Shown one piece after another: positions 28,767 to 38,983 of a stretch of 57,777 nt of DNA (its first letter is position 1; every line of letters begins with the position of its first letter). Position numbers and translations under genes: made by a program. The stretch lies in the IMG/VR virus record IMGVR_UViG_3300032320_001837, positions 1-57,777 of that record. One strand, written 5' to 3'. A model generated the notes under the pieces. It was not told the DNA's origin, ran no database searches, and saw only the letters and a list, made by a program, of their open reading frames with translations. Source of the stretch: a virus. Lineage: Duplodnaviria > Caudoviricetes.

Positions 28767-29482
28767 ATTATCCATAATCTATATACTATAGCCTTGCTTT
28801 GACTTATAGTTAATCCAGACTTTAGAGAGTATTCATTAATTATATCTTGTTTTTTTCTTGTATCTTTATTTGCAATAGATTTAAATATCTCACTTTTTCT
28901 TCTTTTTGTTAAGCCTATATATTGCGGCCTATACAGTCTAATCCAATCTTTTAACTTCGATCTTGATATTCCGTTCCTGTTCGCAAAATCTTGCTGTGAC
29001 TCCAGTGGATTTTTAGCCCAATCTTCTATTAATTTTATTATTTCATCATATGGTTTAGTTAAATTTCTATCTCTATTAGCTAATCTTACGTCTTTTTGCT
29101 CGTTAATTTTTTTTAAAGCCTTTGATATTTTCTGTTTAGTTGTATCAGTTTTTGGTCTATGGCATAGAGAAAGATCATATGTAGACGATAAAATATTTGT
29201 TAATGTACCTCCCTCTGACTTTTTTCCAAACCATCTTATTAAGAATTCTTCTCTATCTTTTGATTCTTGACTATTTTCTGTTGTCCATAATATTTTTAAT
29301 TCAAAATCATATTTAGCTATTATATTTAATTTGAATGGATTAGATTTATCTAATTTATGATTTTTGCTTCTGTGATATAAATTTTTTTCGTTACTAGCTA
29401 TTCCTATATAAAATAAATGTTCATCTATAGTATTAGTAGCATAAGTTATGTTCTTTTTGTATAGGCCATAAATATAGTTCAT
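28763..29482 (-). CDS. GIY-YIG-like homing endonuclease with DNA-binding tail
   Basis: YIYGLY...FYIGIA...R...EEFLI...LTN, NUMOD3-like TKQKISKAL, C-terminal HTH; GGAGG RBS before ATG 29482. Confidence 0.7.
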   Translation of the reverse strand: MNYIYGLYKKNITYATNTIDEHLFYIGIASNEKNLYHRSKNHKLDKSNPFKLNIIAKYDFELKILWTTENSQESKDREEFLIRWFGKKSEGGTLTNILSSTYDLSLCHRPKTDTTKQKISKALKKINEQKDVRLANRDRNLTKPYDEIIKLIEDWAKNPLESQQDFANRNGISRSKLKDWIRLYRPQYIGLTKRRKSEIFKSIANKDTRKKQDIINEYSLKSGLTISQSKAIVYRLWII

Positions 29483-29485
29483 TTT

Positions 29486-29527
29486 GGTGATCCTCCAGTT
29501 TATTATACACATAATTGAAGGATCGCC
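29486..29527 (-). promoter_or_regulatory. RBS-sequestering hairpin with ATGTGTATAATA motif in its loop
   Basis: mRNA GAUCCUUCA pairs with UGGAGGAUC (9 bp including one G-U), covering GGAGG. Confidence 0.6.
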
Positions 29528-29539
29528 TAAAATAACCAA

Positions 29540-30532
29540 TTAGTCTTCTACTGGTGAGCTTGCTCTCCACTGCCTGCAACTCCAGTATCTTGCTTTATAT
29601 TTTGGACCCGGATTTTCATCGCATCCATGTCTCGCTCTAAAACTTTTACGCCTCGCTGGATCATCTCTTTTAATTTCCATGTCTGGGCTTCCAAAATTTA
29701 CTTTAACCACATTACCCTTTTCATTCTTAACATAAACACTCATTTTCTTTGGACCCTTTGGAGTCCTAAATGGCTTATTAAGAGTAACTTTTCTTCCTTG
29801 ATATTCACTTGCCTCTCCAACGTATATTAAAGTATTGCCATCTTTTTCATAATAGCCCTTTTTTCTATACGTATAAATTTCTCCACTATCTGGATCTCTA
29901 TATTGATATTTGGCTTCTGATGTATATTCGTCTTCATATTTCCCCGGCTCATAATATTTTACAAAGTCATAGACATTTTGAATATATATTTCGGCCTTAG
30001 AAATCATGTCTTTTGTCCACTCTTCAAACTCGATATCCATAGTCGAGTCTTTTACTTTCATAGCTACTTCCATTAACTGGTCGTGCATCTTCTGAATTTG
30101 CTCTACAGCCATTGCACTATCTCCAGATTGAGCTTTCTTCCAAGCGTCTTTTTTTGGCCTATCTTTATCCCCCGGCTTTGCTGGCCTATAGTTCTTACCT
30201 TCGCGTTCCTTCTTTTTTCTTATGTTTTCCCAAAGCCCCGGTTTAGCCATAGAAATATCATATTCTTCTGTCTCTTCGCCAAAATCTACATAATCTGCTT
30301 CTGCTGGAACTTCAAAATTATCTTCTGTAATTTCTTCTTCATATCCATATGTATTGATATTAAATTCAAAATCAGCAGCTTCTATTTTATCACAGAACTC
30401 AGTAGCTTGTGCTATACAGATTGCTGTTCTTTGGTCAACATTTGGGTATTCTTTATTCATTACGCCATCAGACATACAGCGTGACATAAAGGTACTTTTA
30501 TCTTCATTTTCTTTTTTTGACGGTATTGGCAT
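29540..30532 (-). CDS. Modular phage protein with C-terminal DUF6321-like domain
   Basis: YQGRKVTLNKP...VKVNFG...RKSFRARHGC...ARYWSCRQW; AGGAG RBS before MPIP at 30532. Confidence 0.6.
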   Translation of the reverse strand: MPIPSKKENEDKSTFMSRCMSDGVMNKEYPNVDQRTAICIAQATEFCDKIEAADFEFNINTYGYEEEITEDNFEVPAEADYVDFGEETEEYDISMAKPGLWENIRKKKEREGKNYRPAKPGDKDRPKKDAWKKAQSGDSAMAVEQIQKMHDQLMEVAMKVKDSTMDIEFEEWTKDMISKAEIYIQNVYDFVKYYEPGKYEDEYTSEAKYQYRDPDSGEIYTYRKKGYYEKDGNTLIYVGEASEYQGRKVTLNKPFRTPKGPKKMSVYVKNEKGNVVKVNFGSPDMEIKRDDPARRKSFRARHGCDENPGPKYKARYWSCRQWRASSPVED

Positions 30533-30545
30533 TGAATTCTCCTTA

Positions 30546-31571
30546 TTATCCTGGGGCTTCATAAAAGCCTATATTAAAGTTTTCTCTAGTACAATTGGCA
30601 ACAGTTTGTTCCATACCATGTTTTTTAATGTGGTTCTCTATATACATACACATACTTTCATCAGTGTCTTTCCACTTGTTCTTGCAAAAATGGCATAGCT
30701 TGGTACATTTCCAGTTACTTCTATCTACGGATATTGGTCTGGGCTTATTATTCTCTTGAATATCCTTAAATCTTACTCTTAGCATATCAAGAAATTTGCT
30801 ACGATCTGATTTGTCAAAGCACATTGAAAATGGCCCGCCGTCTTTAATGAAAAATATAGACATAATAGCTTGATCATACTCAGGAAATAGTTTAGAAATG
30901 GCATAATTGTATAGTAATAATTGTGGATCTGAACATAGCTTTTCATAATCTTTCTCTGCTCCTGTTGCCCAATCTAGTCTTCTTCCAGTTTTATAGTCTA
31001 CAACCTCAATTATTTTTTCATCTACTTTTGTTACTAAGTCTATAGTTCCTTTAATTGCTAATTGTCCATTAACAACTTGTCCATCTGGTAACGTGTAAGT
31101 ATATTTAGCCCAATCTTCTTCAATTGGAATATCAAAATGTGGCTCTGCCGCTACAATGTTTCTATTCCTAGGATCAAACTGTCCATTGTTAAACTCTAGT
31201 GTAGTCCAAACTAAACTTTCACACATTTCTTTGTCGAGCTTGGTAAAGTCATGATGTGAATTAGCTGAATAATATCCAAAACTTTTATCTAGTAATTCTG
31301 GAACTATCTTATCTGAGAATAGGTGTTGTTTATCTATACTAATCTTACCAATATTATCATCAACGAACAGTAACTTCTTTGCTTTACTGCTAGTGTCTTG
31401 ATGAGTTTTTTTCAAAGATGCTAATAATTCTAAAGTCTTATGAACAATTGTGCCAATGTCTGCCTTCTTACCACTTATAGCTTGATGACCAAGCACATAG
31501 GTGATAAAATACTGCATTTGGCAATAATCGTAATTATTATAACTAGATGATCTGATATATGTTACTAGCAT
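30546..31571 (-). CDS. PD-(D/E)xK exonuclease, Cas4/RecB-like
   Basis: SSYNNYDYC, GTIVH, GTIDL, VDYKTG, QLLLY, CTKLCHFC. Confidence 0.85.
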   Translation of the reverse strand: MLVTYIRSSSYNNYDYCQMQYFITYVLGHQAISGKKADIGTIVHKTLELLASLKKTHQDTSSKAKKLLFVDDNIGKISIDKQHLFSDKIVPELLDKSFGYYSANSHHDFTKLDKEMCESLVWTTLEFNNGQFDPRNRNIVAAEPHFDIPIEEDWAKYTYTLPDGQVVNGQLAIKGTIDLVTKVDEKIIEVVDYKTGRRLDWATGAEKDYEKLCSDPQLLLYNYAISKLFPEYDQAIMSIFFIKDGGPFSMCFDKSDRSKFLDMLRVRFKDIQENNKPRPISVDRSNWKCTKLCHFCKNKWKDTDESMCMYIENHIKKHGMEQTVANCTRENFNIGFYEAPG

Positions 31572-32311
31572 TATGATTTCCAGATGTGGTTAATTTTGTC
31601 TAATTCTTTACAAGTATCTGTAATAGAAAAGTTTTCATTGTCTATTACATAGTCAAAAAGCGACCAATCAAACTTGTCTTTATCTAGTGCTGACTCACAC
31701 TCTACTGTAGATTTACATACGTTTCTTGTTAATCTAATTACTACGCCGCCATTGTCTTTAATTGCCTGAACTTCATTTGGAAATCTAATATCTGGTATGA
31801 TAGCTAGATTAGAGTTCTCATTAAATATTTTTGTAATGGTCGTATTAACCCACGCATCATTCTTAATCTTTCTAACAATGCTGGTTCCAAAATATTCTAA
31901 AAATTCTCTATATGTTAGATAGCCAGACTTTTTTTCTTGTGTGGGCAAATCTTCCCACTGTATTTTAGTCTTTGCATTCTTTTGCTTATCAGTACCATAA
32001 AGGTTTTCAATTTTTAGGCCAAAAAGCGATGCGGACATATCCTTCAAAGAGTCTGCAAAATGATATACTTTAACATAAGGCCACAACTCATATTCTGCGT
32101 AGTTTGTAAATTCCTTGTCCTTTCTACAGACATCAAATATGCCCCAATCTTTTTGCATATTCTTATCAGTAGTCAAGATTTCCAAAGCTCCGTCAGTGTT
32201 AACCTTGAAATCTTCCACCATGCCTCTTTCTTTTAAAACTAAGCCATTTATGTAGTTTGCTGCTGTATTTTTACCAGACTGCTTTCTTCCAGATATGCCA
32301 ACAATTTTCAT
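31571..32311 (-). CDS. Deoxynucleoside monophosphate kinase
   Basis: GISGRKQSGKNT, FADSLK, DIRFPNE. Confidence 0.85.
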   Translation of the reverse strand: MKIVGISGRKQSGKNTAANYINGLVLKERGMVEDFKVNTDGALEILTTDKNMQKDWGIFDVCRKDKEFTNYAEYELWPYVKVYHFADSLKDMSASLFGLKIENLYGTDKQKNAKTKIQWEDLPTQEKKSGYLTYREFLEYFGTSIVRKIKNDAWVNTTITKIFNENSNLAIIPDIRFPNEVQAIKDNGGVVIRLTRNVCKSTVECESALDKDKFDWSLFDYVIDNENFSITDTCKELDKINHIWKS

Positions 32312-33324
32312 ATTAAATCCTTAATTTGTGGAATAAATTCTTTTCTTATTAACTCTACGCTCATCTCTCCAATGTCCTTACAAGATATTTGTGGAAAAAT
32401 AAGATTATAGCTGCGATTAAACTTACGAAAAATTTCTATCTTGCACTCATTTCCAGCTTGATCATTATCAGTTACTACTACGATATTAATAATAGGCAGT
32501 TTGTGCAAAAGTTCTTCGTGAGATTCTATAATAGACTTGCCAAAAATACCAACAGCATTTTCTATACCGGCCTCATAAAGTCTCCAAATATCACTTTGCC
32601 CCTCAGTAATGATGACAGTTTTGGTGCTACATATTTTATTATACGCTCTATGGTAGTTGTAGAGGTATTTGTTTTTGTTAAAACCGCTTGGGTAAAATAA
32701 AAACTTGGGGTCTTTATACTCCTTAATAGATCTTCCTAGTAATCCTACTATACTGCTACCATCTTGATTATGTATTGGTATAATAGATCTGTCTTTTAAG
32801 TTTTCGTGCTTACAACAATCACTGACACCAAAATAACTCAAGGTGTTTTCCAAAAATCCTCTACTTATAAAGTATTTTGACGCCTTTGTATACTGATATT
32901 CTACAACGCTATCGTTTTCACTTGTATTTTTATCAGTAAATATTCTTACAATGTCAAAGAATTCATCGTTTACAACTTTATCTTTTTTGACTGACGCATT
33001 GGTTGATCTATCTAACTGCTTAATATTTGTATTAACCCACTTTAATACTTCTTTGAATTCAACATTATATCCACACCTTTTAGATAAGGCTCCCCTTATT
33101 AATCCAAAAACATCATTACTAAAATCTTGCTGACAATCTCTAGTCCAACATTTCCATATATGCTTTTTAGTAGAAAAGGAAAACCCTCTTGGGTTGTCAC
33201 TCTCTTCGTGTGCTGGACAATTAGAATAAATATTGTCAGAAAACTTTTCATAATCCATGTCAAGTTTCTGAAGAACTAATTCTATATTTGTATTCAGTTC
33301 AGCTTTCAGGTTCTGCAAGTTCAT
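32308..33324 (-). CDS. dnaG: DNA primase (DnaG-type)
   Basis: CPAH...CWTRDC zinc motif, YFISRG, IIPI, TEGQSD and DNDQAG TOPRIM motifs. Confidence 0.9.
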   Translation of the reverse strand: MNLQNLKAELNTNIELVLQKLDMDYEKFSDNIYSNCPAHEESDNPRGFSFSTKKHIWKCWTRDCQQDFSNDVFGLIRGALSKRCGYNVEFKEVLKWVNTNIKQLDRSTNASVKKDKVVNDEFFDIVRIFTDKNTSENDSVVEYQYTKASKYFISRGFLENTLSYFGVSDCCKHENLKDRSIIPIHNQDGSSIVGLLGRSIKEYKDPKFLFYPSGFNKNKYLYNYHRAYNKICSTKTVIITEGQSDIWRLYEAGIENAVGIFGKSIIESHEELLHKLPIINIVVVTDNDQAGNECKIEIFRKFNRSYNLIFPQISCKDIGEMSVELIRKEFIPQIKDLI

Positions 33325-34759
33325 TTATTATCTTCTTCATTGTGTCTTTGTCTAATAATCCAGAATCACCAACAGGCTGATTTTTAAATTCGTTTCTAGT
33401 TTTTAACTCTGTCAATTTGGCGTGTGATCCATCCATCTGCACATTAATGTAATCACCGTCGTTTAATCCAGCACCATGCCTAGTAACAACTGTAACTAGT
33501 TTTCTATTTCCAGCTTTCGGCCCATCTTCTGCTAATTCTTCTGGAGACTTAATCTTAAATATACTAAAAGATGTGCATAGCCATATTAATCTGTCTGATC
33601 CGCTTACCGCGTCCGTACTCTCTTTAGTTATACCATCACGATTTAACTGAACGAATGATAGGCAGGGTATATCAAGCTTAACGCATAGATTATGAAGTGA
33701 TGTAATTTGAAATCCTAATGCTTGATATTCTTGCATGTTACTATTAATTGATTCAGAAGACATGAGCTTCAAGTAATCATATATTATTAGACATTCATTT
33801 GTTTGTCCACTATCATTTGTTTTGACTTCTTGGGTTACCCACCTTTTAATCAAATTGATTATTTGCTCAAACGGTTTTCCAGCTACACTGATGTAGCTAT
33901 AGGGTATAGATGATAATTTTTTTACAGCTTCCTGTACCTTTTCGTTCTTCTCTCTGTTGTCAACAAACTTACCAGTAGCAACTTCATTGATTGGCACCCC
34001 ACTCAAATTAGCTATTAATCTATTCAAATGGTCTTCTTTAGACATTTCTGTATCTAGCATAAGCACTGGGATATTCTTAGATGAAACGTTTAATGCCACA
34101 TTGTCAGCAAAAACGGATTTACCCACTTTTGGCCTAGCAGATACTAAGTCTACGCATTTTCTCCTAAGACCTCCACCAATTGCTTCGTCGTATTTTTGAA
34201 ATCCAGTTGGTATTCCTATGATGTCGCATTTATTTTCTGATAAGAATTGAATGTAATCATCTATATTACTTCCTATCTTTTCTGGATGTTCTCCACCATC
34301 ATCTTCTCTTAAGAAGTCAGTCACTGGATTCTCTAATATTCCTATAATATCTGAAATTTTTTCAGTACCATCTATCTTTTCTATATCTTGATGAATTTTT
34401 TGAGTAAGCTTATGTATCTTTCTAGCAAACTCAAACTTCTTTATCTGTGCAGCGAATGGTAATATGTTATCTGCATTGATTGGGAATACCATTAATGATT
34501 TTATATACTTTAATTCTTGCTCTGTATTTATGGCATCTTCTAGACCTAAGTATTTAGCTGAAGCAAAAATTGATGGTATGTCTATTTTCTGATCGTTACT
34601 TATAATATTCTCTAAGCACCTATAGATAATTTGATTGTTTGTGTGATCAAACGTATCAACAGATATTAGATCGGAAACTGTTACGTATCCATCAATACCA
34701 TGCTGGAGTATGCCAGCTAATACTGCCCTCTCTGCCCCAATATCATTTAGTTTTACCAT
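33299..34759 (-). CDS. dnaB: Replicative DNA helicase (DnaB family)
   Basis: AERAVL, GIPTGF, ARPKVGKS Walker A, DTEM, YDYLKL, QLNR. Confidence 0.92.
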   Translation of the reverse strand: MVKLNDIGAERAVLAGILQHGIDGYVTVSDLISVDTFDHTNNQIIYRCLENIISNDQKIDIPSIFASAKYLGLEDAINTEQELKYIKSLMVFPINADNILPFAAQIKKFEFARKIHKLTQKIHQDIEKIDGTEKISDIIGILENPVTDFLREDDGGEHPEKIGSNIDDYIQFLSENKCDIIGIPTGFQKYDEAIGGGLRRKCVDLVSARPKVGKSVFADNVALNVSSKNIPVLMLDTEMSKEDHLNRLIANLSGVPINEVATGKFVDNREKNEKVQEAVKKLSSIPYSYISVAGKPFEQIINLIKRWVTQEVKTNDSGQTNECLIIYDYLKLMSSESINSNMQEYQALGFQITSLHNLCVKLDIPCLSFVQLNRDGITKESTDAVSGSDRLIWLCTSFSIFKIKSPEELAEDGPKAGNRKLVTVVTRHGAGLNDGDYINVQMDGSHAKLTELKTRNEFKNQPVGDSGLLDKDTMKKIINELAEPES

Positions 34760-34761
34760 TT

Positions 34762-35130
34762 TTACCCCGTGCAGTTATTGCATCTATAAAATTCGCCACA
34801 CACAAACCTACTATCTACTTCAGTTGTTCTTGCACATATATGACACTTGATTTTTACTTTTTCTGGAGCTTCTCTATTTCTTGGAACTGGGGTAAATTCT
34901 GGAGTAACAACATCTCTTTTTTCACCAGTGTCACTCCAAGTATTTTCTTTGGCCCTAACCGCCTCTTTCCTCTTACGATTATTATCTACAGACCTTTTCA
35001 TCTGAAAACTATTTTTGTCTTCCTCTATAGGCTCTTGTTCAGCTTTAGCTTGCTGCGTGTTAATAAGTGCTAATTTAAGTGCCTCTATTTGTTCTGGACT
35101 TAATGTTTGTATAAACTTGTCTATATTCAT
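34762..35130 (-). CDS. Hypothetical protein with C-terminal zinc finger
   Basis: CHIC...CNNC; coupled to neighbours. Confidence 0.6.
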   Translation of the reverse strand: MNIDKFIQTLSPEQIEALKLALINTQQAKAEQEPIEEDKNSFQMKRSVDNNRKRKEAVRAKENTWSDTGEKRDVVTPEFTPVPRNREAPEKVKIKCHICARTTEVDSRFVCGEFYRCNNCTG

Positions 35131-35588
35131 GATCTCTTGCCCTTCTCTAATAATATGTCAGCCTTACGCTTTAATTCATATACTTTACCGTCAAGGCTTT
35201 GTAGTCTAGCATGTGCTATGCTTCGATAATTATCTATGGATTTAGCGTACTCGTTATCATTGACTATTAACTGTATCTTTGCTTCATGCTTAGTATATTT
35301 GCTAAAATCTTCACTGTGTTGTGCTACAAGTTTTTCTAGCTGATCTGTACACAAGTCATAAACAATTTTCTGTTTATTTATTTGGTCCTGTATGTATGAA
35401 GCATAGCTATAGAGCATATATGATGCGTCAAATAATTCTTCTTTTGTTAACTTCTTTAACTTCTCTTCAGATAAATCAGAAACTATCAAAAATTCTTCTC
35501 TAAAATGAGAAAAGTTAGTATTAGTTTGATGTATAAAATCGTCTAAAGACTTTAGAAAATGCTCAACTGTTTCTTTAGCTGTTTTCAA
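35127..35588 (-). CDS. Helical protein, possibly a UvsY-like recombination mediator
   Basis: Coiled-coil pattern, size and position near recA; no diagnostic motif. Confidence 0.4.
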   Translation of the reverse strand: MKTAKETVEHFLKSLDDFIHQTNTNFSHFREEFLIVSDLSEEKLKKLTKEELFDASYMLYSYASYIQDQINKQKIVYDLCTDQLEKLVAQHSEDFSKYTKHEAKIQLIVNDNEYAKSIDNYRSIAHARLQSLDGKVYELKRKADILLEKGKRS

Positions 35589-35997
35589 TTTGTTGTCTCC
35601 ACTCTTCGTCAGTGTTTGAGTATTTTAATACTACTATGTCTATATTGTTCAGCTTGCACCACTCTATTTTATCTTCGTCTTTGGCTTTTGCAATAGTAAA
35701 ATCCGCTAGGTTCTTATGGAAAAAATTGCAGAACTCATAGTGCTGTTGACCATGTACTTCTATAGCTTTCATAATTTGTGGGATATAAAAATCTAAATAA
35801 AGCACACCTTTTCTATGAGTAGCTGTGCTTCCCGGCAACTTAACTTCTTCTAAAATTCTGTAGCTGTGATATATTTCTTTTAATAAGCTTCTAGCTCTTA
35901 AGTGATACTTAGATCTTTTTCTGTTATCGTCAGCCTTTACATCATAGCCAGTTAAGTTCCAAGCGTATACTTTGCCATTTAGGCCAGTAATCTTCAT
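35575..35997 (-). CDS. Vsr/DUF559-like endonuclease
   Basis: YLDFYIP...AIEVHGQQHY...DEDKIEWCKLNNI. Confidence 0.7.
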   Translation of the reverse strand: MKITGLNGKVYAWNLTGYDVKADDNRKRSKYHLRARSLLKEIYHSYRILEEVKLPGSTATHRKGVLYLDFYIPQIMKAIEVHGQQHYEFCNFFHKNLADFTIAKAKDEDKIEWCKLNNIDIVVLKYSNTDEEWRQQIENS

Positions 35998-37103
35998 TAG
36001 TATAATTCCTTGATTTTCTCATAAACAAAATTGGCTAAAGCATCATGCTTTGTTAAAAACTCATATAGATTGTTAGCACCTTGAAACTTGAAGAATTTTT
36101 CTATATCTTCTGGAGTATCTGGTACATTATTAGACTTTAAAATACTTTGCACTACTTCATTGTCTTTATTATCTACTGCGCATTGTATAGTATACCAAGC
36201 TCCAGAAGTTTTTATCAATCTAAATTCACAAGCTATTTGGGTGATCTCTTGAACTTCATCTACGCCCACCCCATACCTTATCCAACTTTCTGCCGCACTG
36301 TTTGGCTTACCACCGGCACAAGATGTTTTTATATTCCAATTAGCTATCTGACCAACGTGTGGGCCAGTATCTTTAGGAACTTGCCACTTGCCTCTATGTG
36401 TTATTACCATATTAGTTCCAGCTTGGTACTGTAACATATTCCCGCAGTCTGCCATTTTTGCTGGTGCATATGGCGATCCACCAGTGTTTGCTATATTATG
36501 TGTTATACAAATTAATATTGTTTGGTTCTTCATAAGAGTCCCGCTAATCCTTTTGAAGAACATTGATAATAATCTAGGTAAAGCGTTTCTTACCCCCGTT
36601 CTTACTTCTCCCTCTAATTCACAGGCTGGCACCATGTTTGATATTGAGTCAGTAATAATAACGCAGCCGGGATCATTGTTGATATAATATTCCAAGATGT
36701 TAAGAAAATCTTCAGCCGTCAAAACTCTATCATCAGTTGATTCTACTATTAGGATTTTATCTGCATCTAAACCTTTTATGCCTTCAAAGTTCTGCTTGGA
36801 AAGTCTACCCTCAGTATTAACATATACAACCTTTTTATTCAGCTTTTGACATTTAGAAGCAAAATGGAGAGCAGTTGTTGTTTTTCCACTCTTTGGATCA
36901 CCCGTCATAACAACTACTGACCCTTCTCTTAGACCGCCCCCCAAGGCTATATCTAGTGCTGGAGACATACCAATAACTTTTAAGCTATTTATTGACTCTA
37001 ATACTTCTGTGCCACTGCGTACAATATCTCCATACTTGTTTAATATTGAGCTTGTTATTGTATCTTCTGAAAATTTACTTGGGCCGTCCTTTTTCTTTTT
37101 CAT
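35997..37103 (-). CDS. recA: RecA/UvsX-family recombinase
   Basis: LDIALGGGL..G, GDPKSGKTT Walker A, NTE, IITDSI Walker B, SGAWY. Confidence 0.9.
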   Translation of the reverse strand: MKKKKDGPSKFSEDTITSSILNKYGDIVRSGTEVLESINSLKVIGMSPALDIALGGGLREGSVVVMTGDPKSGKTTTALHFASKCQKLNKKVVYVNTEGRLSKQNFEGIKGLDADKILIVESTDDRVLTAEDFLNILEYYINNDPGCVIITDSISNMVPACELEGEVRTGVRNALPRLLSMFFKRISGTLMKNQTILICITHNIANTGGSPYAPAKMADCGNMLQYQAGTNMVITHRGKWQVPKDTGPHVGQIANWNIKTSCAGGKPNSAAESWIRYGVGVDEVQEITQIACEFRLIKTSGAWYTIQCAVDNKDNEVVQSILKSNNVPDTPEDIEKFFKFQGANNLYEFLTKHDALANFVYEKIKELY

Positions 37104-37633
37104 AAATCCCTCAGTTTGTTTATCATTGACTTTGTTTTAAATGTGGATTGAGTGCGTCTAATTCTAGTGTCTTCTACATTTTGAACTACATCTAATTCAT
37201 TTGCTTGTTTTTCTATCTCTTTAGACTTACTTAAGGCTTTTACTTCCTTCTTATAGTTCTCTATAGCCTTGATGGCTAGCTGATTATACTTCCAACCGCG
37301 AGGACCGTAACACTTCAAGCCAACGTGATAAATTTTATCAAAATGCTTAGACTTTACAGCTTCAAGGATTAACTTCTCTTCAAATTTATTTTTCAAACCT
37401 TTAGAGGCTTTCATATTCCTCATGAACATGTCATGATATTTATCTCCAACTGTCCAGAATTTATAAGACGGTTTATCCATCTTAAAAGCATCTGTCCATC
37501 TCAATATCAAAAGCTCTGCTAAGTACGCTTCAAAAGTGCAATGTTCACCAGTGTGAATATGTTTATAGCTATACTCTTCAGACCACTCTTTTTGAAATTC
37601 TTTGCTAAATAGTCTCGGTTTTTTGTTTGTCAT
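37100..37633 (-). CDS. Hypothetical protein
   Basis: ORF tiling the operon; probable start MTNKK. Confidence 0.6.
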   Translation of the reverse strand: MTNKKPRLFSKEFQKEWSEEYSYKHIHTGEHCTFEAYLAELLILRWTDAFKMDKPSYKFWTVGDKYHDMFMRNMKASKGLKNKFEEKLILEAVKSKHFDKIYHVGLKCYGPRGWKYNQLAIKAIENYKKEVKALSKSKEIEKQANELDVVQNVEDTRIRRTQSTFKTKSMINKLRDL

Positions 37634-38042
37634 TATAAATGATTGCTTCTTCAAAACAGTTTTCAATTACATCATGATCATTTAATTGCTCAACTAACTC
37701 TGGAACAACCCACATAGTCTTGTATACTATTTTATTATACAATTTACCTATGGTGATAGTCTGCTTAGTGACTTCACCCATTGCACCAAGTGCTGATCTT
37801 ATCAAGTATACCCCATCGGCATCTATAGTATCAACATTGCATGAATTTGATTTATATTGTAGACCTATAGAAATGACATTGAGTTTATTTGATTCACAAA
37901 TGCGCTTAATATCAGCCCAATCTGAATAATTACTAAAATAGTAATCCAGTTTATCAGATAGGGTCACTTTAAACCAAGTCAAAGTTTTATCTTTTTTGTA
38001 CTCTATCAACCAATCGTTGTGAGTATGTATAAACTGTTTCAT
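37605..38042 (-). CDS. Hypothetical protein
   Basis: ORF tiling the operon, ATGA overlap. Confidence 0.6.
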   Translation of the reverse strand: MKQFIHTHNDWLIEYKKDKTLTWFKVTLSDKLDYYFSNYSDWADIKRICESNKLNVISIGLQYKSNSCNVDTIDADGVYLIRSALGAMGEVTKQTITIGKLYNKIVYKTMWVVPELVEQLNDHDVIENCFEEAIIYNDKQKTETI

Positions 38043-38335
38043 TTCTTAATCTTAGTAACACAAGGGGGCTGTTTACGATTTAATTTCTTTGTACTATCAG
38101 CAAGCGAAGACGCATTTTCTGTCATTATGGTTGCACCATTTTGACTAATAAACTGACTGCCAACATTGAATGGATTAGTATTGCTAGGCTTATTGTAGTG
38201 CTTATCAATATAGTTCTTAACAGTACTCATATTTCTATTCAAATCTGTAGCAATTTGATCTAAGCTTACGCCTAGCTCTATATTTTTCTCTAGATAGAAT
38301 ATTTCAACCTTACCAAGTGGACCCTTTTTAACCAT
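38039..38335 (-). CDS. Small protein with probable HTH
   Basis: SLDQIATDLNRNMSTVKNYI. Confidence 0.55.
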   Translation of the reverse strand: MVKKGPLGKVEIFYLEKNIELGVSLDQIATDLNRNMSTVKNYIDKHYNKPSNTNPFNVGSQFISQNGATIMTENASSLADSTKKLNRKQPPCVTKIKK

Positions 38336-38651
38336 TTATAAAACTCCTTTGCGCTTTAGTCAAATATGTACTATTTCTGCTATTCAAATATGCTATGTAC
38401 AAATCAAATGTTTGCTTAGAAACATCTTTATACTGTAGATCTAAATAGGTTTCTCTATGAGAATCTATTCCATATGGATCATATATAATATTTCTGAATG
38501 TCTGTACAAAGTATTTTCCGCTACCATTTATAAAAACAGTCTTAGCAAATGAATCTTTTTCACTATCAATAATTTTACCTACTTTGTCATAATGTATTTT
38601 TGTTATATCTTCCTTGAAATCATTCTTGTTGTATTCGTTTATATATTTCAT
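38328..38651 (-). CDS. Hypothetical protein
   Basis: ORF tiling the operon. Confidence 0.6.
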   Translation of the reverse strand: MKYINEYNKNDFKEDITKIHYDKVGKIIDSEKDSFAKTVFINGSGKYFVQTFRNIIYDPYGIDSHRETYLDLQYKDVSKQTFDLYIAYLNSRNSTYLTKAQRSFING

Positions 38652-38983
38652 GTTCCACCTTTAAGAATGTAGTTCTTTTTTTGATCTGCGGTCATTGCGT
38701 TAATATCTCTCATCAATTTACGCTTTTTGCCGCTATCTGATAAATTATTATTTTTAGATTCAATTTCTGAGCGTTTGTAAGACCCCATGTTCTTCCAATT
38801 TCTATCAGCAAGTTGTCCCACAGTTTTTACGTCTTTTACAAACAATCCTAGCCCACCATATACTACTCTGTCTAGGCTATCTTTGCTACATGATGGGCAT
38901 TTTGTCAGTGCGTCCTCTTTTATAGATTGATAAATATCTTCCATAAAATACCCACACTCATTACACTTATAATCGTATAACAT
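38648..38983 (-). CDS. FmdB-like zinc-ribbon protein
   Basis: YDYKCNECG...CPSC...L.R. Confidence 0.75.
   Translation of the reverse strand: MLYDYKCNECGYFMEDIYQSIKEDALTKCPSCSKDSLDRVVYGGLGLFVKDVKTVGQLADRNWKNMGSYKRSEIESKNNNLSDSGKKRKLMRDINAMTADQKKNYILKGGT

Noticed and set aside
30546-31571. Cas4 as sign of a CRISPR-Cas system
   Set aside because: No repeat-spacer array or other cas genes; solo Cas4/RecB-like nucleases are common in phage replication modules
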